Assembly (NCBI GenBank): GCA_018895075.1
Contig: JAHIOW010000026.1
Span: forward strand, 1-59,540
Length of the DNA: 59,540 bases
Direction: 5' to 3'
DNA from: Candidatus Omnitrophota bacterium
GTDB lineage: Bacteria; Omnitrophota; Gorgyraeia; Gygaellales; Profunditerraquicolaceae
This document shows, one piece after another, positions 57,114 through 59,540 of the stretch (positions are counted from its first letter, which is position 1; each line of letters starts with the position of its first letter). The notes under the pieces are model-generated. The model had not been told where the DNA came from, did not search any database, and saw only the letters and a program-made list of their open reading frames with translations. The translations under genes were made by a program, and so were the position numbers.

Positions 57114-57291
57114 TTACTGGATAGAAACAATCTTGACCTGAAATTCAAGCGTCTTGCCGGCAAGGGGGTGATTAAAATCTAACCTCCCTGCCCTCCTGAA
57201 TGACCATATCTTCTTGCTGGCCCATCAAGATACCGCTGGTAGCAAGCAAGATACCTGTAAAGAGTAAAGGTACATGAAACCATCTTATCAC
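57114..57291 (-). pseudogene. Remnant of an FKBP-type (SlyD-like) peptidyl-prolyl isomerase gene with a frame break, overlapping a 39-codon GTG ORF
   Basis: Hand translation of 57114..57182 gives LDFNHPLAGKTLEFQVKIVSIQ*, the canonical FKBP/SlyD C-terminus. The upstream frame (57172..57291, MIRWFHVPLLFTGILLATSGILMGQQEDMVIQEGREVRF*) is offset by one nucleotide. Confidence 0.5.
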
Positions 57292-57348
57292 TGCTCCTCC
57301 TTTTAAAAAGTAGTATATATTAATTCTTTCCTTCCAAAACGCTACCTT

Positions 57349-57513
57349 TTAACGGCCGTCATCCTTGCGCTTTGAATAACAATCCTTACAGTATACCGGA
57401 CGGTCATCTCTGGGTTTGAAAGGGACTTCGCATTCTTTCTTACAGTCTGCGCAAATCGCCTTGTGCATCTGCCGTGGCCCTGTGCCGAATCCACCATTTT
57501 GTCTAAATGCCAT
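57349..57513 (-). CDS. Small (54 aa) CxxC-x17-CxxC zinc-ribbon protein, not in the ORF track
   Basis: Hand translation gives MAFRQNGGFGTGPRQMHKAICADCKKECEVPFKPRDDRPVYCKDCYSKRKDDGR*. AGGAGG lies 4 nt upstream of the ATG. Paralog of the C-terminal part of the next gene. Confidence 0.75.
   Translation of the reverse strand: MAFRQNGGFGTGPRQMHKAICADCKKECEVPFKPRDDRPVYCKDCYSKRKDDGR
57417..57459. repeat. 43-bp segment identical to 57749..57791 (the CxxC-x17-CxxC coding core)
   Basis: Direct comparison of the two loci. Confidence 0.9.
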
Positions 57514-57542
57514 ATTGCCTCCTTTCGCTCTTATCCAAATAC

Positions 57543-58043
57543 CTAAGCGCGTTCTTTTCGCCGTCGGAAAAGCGGCTGCTTCCTTTTACCAGGCCTTCGG
57601 TTTTCGCCGCTTTGCTGTTTATCAAAATGGCGTCCTTGGGCAAAATCTCCCCCTCTGGGCCTGTTATCGTATTTTCCTTTAAACGAGCTGCCATCATTGC
57701 GCTTTGAAAAACACTCTCTGCAATATACCGGCCGGTCTCCGCTGGGCCTGAAAGGGACTTCGCATTCTTTCTTACAGTCTGCGCAAATCGCTTGAGTAAA
57801 GTTTCTTTCTCTGAAACTACTGTCTTGTTTTCCTCTGCTATAACGGCCAGAGCGATCGAAGCGCTGGAAAGGTTTTGAAAAATGTTTTCCCTCAAAAGGC
57901 CTTTCTGAAGGCTGGCTGATTAAGGTATCTATTTTCTTCTCCAAAGAAATCAACTGCTGTTGCATTTTATTAATTAGAGCTGCTACATCCGGCTCAACCT
58001 GTGGTGGCACTGAAGAACTATTGTGTTTAAAAGATTTTTTCAT
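57543..58043 (-). CDS. Arg/Lys-rich CxxC-x17-CxxC domain protein (166 aa)
   Basis: CADC-17 aa-CREC spacing counted exactly. AAGGAG RBS before the ATG at 58043; the ORF-track start at 58088 is rejected. Confidence 0.75.
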   Translation of the reverse strand: MKKSFKHNSSSVPPQVEPDVAALINKMQQQLISLEKKIDTLISQPSERPFEGKHFSKPFQRFDRSGRYSRGKQDSSFRERNFTQAICADCKKECEVPFRPSGDRPVYCRECFSKRNDGSSFKGKYDNRPRGGDFAQGRHFDKQQSGENRRPGKRKQPLFRRRKERA

Positions 58044-58059
58044 CTTGCTCCTTTTAATT

Positions 58060-58088
58060 ATTCTACTCCAAATAAAAACCCTCTGCAA
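58060..58088 (-). promoter_or_regulatory. Candidate promoter TTGCAG-17 nt-TAGAAT for the CxxC genes
   Basis: -35 at 58083..58088 and -10 at 58060..58065 (reverse complement). Confidence 0.35.
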
Positions 58089-58097
58089 TATATTTTG

Positions 58098-58757
58098 TTA
58101 TATCTTTTCTTCGATGGCGAGTTTAACTATCTTAAAGTTTTCCGATATATAATACTTCCTTTTATCTTCTTCTAATATTGAACCTAATTTGACCGTGTAG
58201 TCTCTTTTATCTAACGAATTTATCTTTTTTAATAATTTCTGTAAAATTTCAGAAGAGGATTCTAAGGGTATTCCCTTTTTTAATAAAAATTCTATATCAA
58301 AAACATCCCTGATTTCCTGCCTGTTTAAAAAGGCATTTATCTTTTCTCTCATCATATCTTCTAACGAAACAGCCCTTAAAAGAACTTGCCTATTAGAATA
58401 TTTGCTATAAGCGATTGCCTGCTCTGTCTTTATTTTCTTTGTTTCTTTGCGTATTTCTATTTTTAAACTGCGCGGATAACCTTTGGATTTTATCTCAAAA
58501 AGTAATGTATAAAATTTATTGGCGCAGTCTTTGATAGTATAATTTCCAGAAAGATACTCTTTTAAGTCTTTAAATAATTTATTGACATCAAGATTCTTAA
58601 TAATCCAGAAATCTAAATCAATAGAAAATCTATCCAATCCAAAACACAATCGCAGCATGGTGCCGCCGCCTAACACAAGAGAATCCAAAAATCTCCTGCT
58701 CTTAAATTTATCTAACACCTCTAATTCGAACTGTTCTTGTTTGATTAAATCTTGCAT
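58098..58757 (-). CDS. abiEii: AbiEii/AbiGii-family nucleotidyltransferase toxin (type IV TA)
   Basis: LVLGGGTMLRLCFGLDRFSIDLDFW N-terminal NTase motif. 13-nt overlap with the upstream antitoxin gene. Confidence 0.8.
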   Translation of the reverse strand: MQDLIKQEQFELEVLDKFKSRRFLDSLVLGGGTMLRLCFGLDRFSIDLDFWIIKNLDVNKLFKDLKEYLSGNYTIKDCANKFYTLLFEIKSKGYPRSLKIEIRKETKKIKTEQAIAYSKYSNRQVLLRAVSLEDMMREKINAFLNRQEIRDVFDIEFLLKKGIPLESSSEILQKLLKKINSLDKRDYTVKLGSILEEDKRKYYISENFKIVKLAIEEKI

Positions 58758-59332
58758 AATTTACCTGCCATATTTTTTGTTCTCTCAGGGAATATCTTAA
58801 TAATATCTTGTATTTTATCTTTATCAAACTTTCCTACATCAAGCGAATCGAAATCTAATTTGTATCTTCCCAAAGAGCAAAGATAAACAGAATCCACGAA
58901 TGCCTTTTCCTTAGTGGCTATAAAAATACCCTCTTTTTTTACAAAATCAAAATAATACTCCTTTTTGAATTTATAATAGTTTAATGCCACCCCCCTTACA
59001 TTAAACTTCTTAGAGCGCTTTAAAGAGACGCTCTCATAAAAATCTCTCTGTATCTGGGTCGTAACCTCATATAGCGAAAGAGCGGTCATAAAAGAGATAT
59101 ATGAAGGGACCTGCAAGAAGTTGGCTATCTTCAAAAAATCTTCTCGTTGAAAAATATCCCATTTTTCATCTAACACATAAAAGTTATTTTTAAGCCGCGC
59201 GAATAACCCCTTCTTTACATAGCGGCTGCAAAGAACCCTTGCTGAGGCCTGGCTTATGCCAAGTACCTGGCTAAACTCGGCTACATCAAAATAAAGCCTA
59301 TTCTTAAGTTTCTTCAAATCTAAGTAGTTCAT
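58745..59332 (-). CDS. abiEi: AbiEi-family antitoxin / transcriptional regulator
   Basis: N-terminal wHTH-like segment (FDVAEFSQVLGISQASARVLCSRYVKKGLF). Paired with abiEii. Confidence 0.7.
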   Translation of the reverse strand: MNYLDLKKLKNRLYFDVAEFSQVLGISQASARVLCSRYVKKGLFARLKNNFYVLDEKWDIFQREDFLKIANFLQVPSYISFMTALSLYEVTTQIQRDFYESVSLKRSKKFNVRGVALNYYKFKKEYYFDFVKKEGIFIATKEKAFVDSVYLCSLGRYKLDFDSLDVGKFDKDKIQDIIKIFPERTKNMAGKLCKI

Positions 59333-59340
59333 ATCAAATA

Positions 59341-59370
59341 CATATAATTAACATCTATGTTAATTATATG
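59341..59370. promoter_or_regulatory. Perfect 14-bp inverted repeat (CATATAATTAACAT-ct-ATGTTAATTATATG), candidate AbiEi operator
   Basis: Read directly from the sequence. 9 nt upstream of the abiEi ATG; overlaps the -10 box. Confidence 0.6.
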
Positions 59371-59391
59371 TTCTTATATAACCATTGTCAA
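59363..59391 (-). promoter_or_regulatory. Consensus sigma70 promoter TTGACA-17 nt-TATAAT for abiEi-abiEii
   Basis: -35 at 59386..59391 and -10 at 59363..59368 (reverse complement), exact consensus hexamers with a 17-nt spacer. Confidence 0.65.
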
Positions 59392-59540
59392 GTATTTTCT
59401 CGAGGTCTCTGAAAAAATCCTTGTTTTGTAATTATGGCGCCCTGACTAATAGCGCGTTTTCTTTCCTTCGTTTTAATATTTAAAGAACGCCTAATCCATC
59501 TCTTATCCTGCCCTAATGGCTAAAGCAGGCTGGAATACCT

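Noticed and set aside
57160-57190. Programmed ribosomal frameshift joining the 39-codon ORF to the FKBP C-terminal frame.
   Set aside because: Even if joined, the product (~60 aa) is too short to be an FKBP domain, and no slippery heptamer with a downstream structure is evident. Gene decay or a sequencing indel is more parsimonious.
57503-57895. 130-aa minus-strand ORF overlapping the CxxC gene.
   Set aside because: It is out of frame with the 57543..58043 gene, which has a good RBS and an exact CxxC-x17-CxxC motif. The overlapping ORF has no motif and no RBS.
59393-59540. Possible gene or RNA at the right edge.
   Set aside because: No ORF with a start codon, no tRNA-like cloverleaf and no recognisable motif. 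It is left unannotated.

Overview
This is a 59.5-kb chromosomal segment from an AT-rich, apparently anaerobic diderm (LPS-making) bacterium. The phylum is not determinable here; the gene content would fit an uncultivated Omnitrophota-like lineage, but that is inference. Every credible gene (about 60) lies on the minus strand, tightly packed, with many 1-4 nt start/stop overlaps.

Gene content from right to left on the minus strand:
- (i) An accessory tail (57.1-59.5 kb): an AbiEi/AbiEii toxin-antitoxin pair with a consensus sigma70 promoter and operator, two tandem Arg-rich CxxC-x17-CxxC zinc-ribbon genes (one is below the ORF-track cutoff), and an FKBP-type PPIase gene remnant.
- (ii) A standalone GMP-synthase ATP-PPase subunit.
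- (iii) A large lipid A / Kdo / heptose / LPS-core block: lpxK, an LpxL-ELM1 fusion, a GT4-GT9 fusion, GT4, a CE4 deacetylase, GT9, a GT9-GT9 fusion, a deoxyhypusine-synthase-like protein, heptose kinase, kdsBADC, an LptC/A-like protein and lptB.
- (iv) tig (lacking its PPIase domain), clpP, and the serine pathway (class V aminotransferase, serA).
- (v) A secreted metallophosphatase/thioredoxin-like fusion, a homocitrate/isopropylmalate-synthase-family gene, and purA.
- (vi) A small, separately promoted and terminated operon encoding an OmpA-like lipoprotein and a coiled-coil lipoprotein.
- (vii) uppS-cdsA-dxr-rseP-ispG-proS-rimP-nusA-infB-trpS-scpA-ruvB.
- (viii) Queuosine genes (queH, queA, tgt) interleaved with SpoIID and DUF2905 genes, then trmD-rplS-rnhB-yraN.
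- (ix) A compact Wood-Ljungdahl module: fhs-fchA-folD-metF-cooS-cooF-FAD oxidoreductase-acsB.

The most unusual signal is at the DNA level. Dispersed short tandem heptanucleotide arrays, (CCTG)n/(CAGG)n palindromes and GGGAC..GTCCC palindromic elements occur in intergenic spacers and also in frame inside essential and LPS genes, where they encode loops, a domain linker and signal-peptide segments.

No rRNA, tRNA, CRISPR array or intact mobile element was seen. All functional calls rest on motif and family recognition by eye from the supplied translations; no database search was run.
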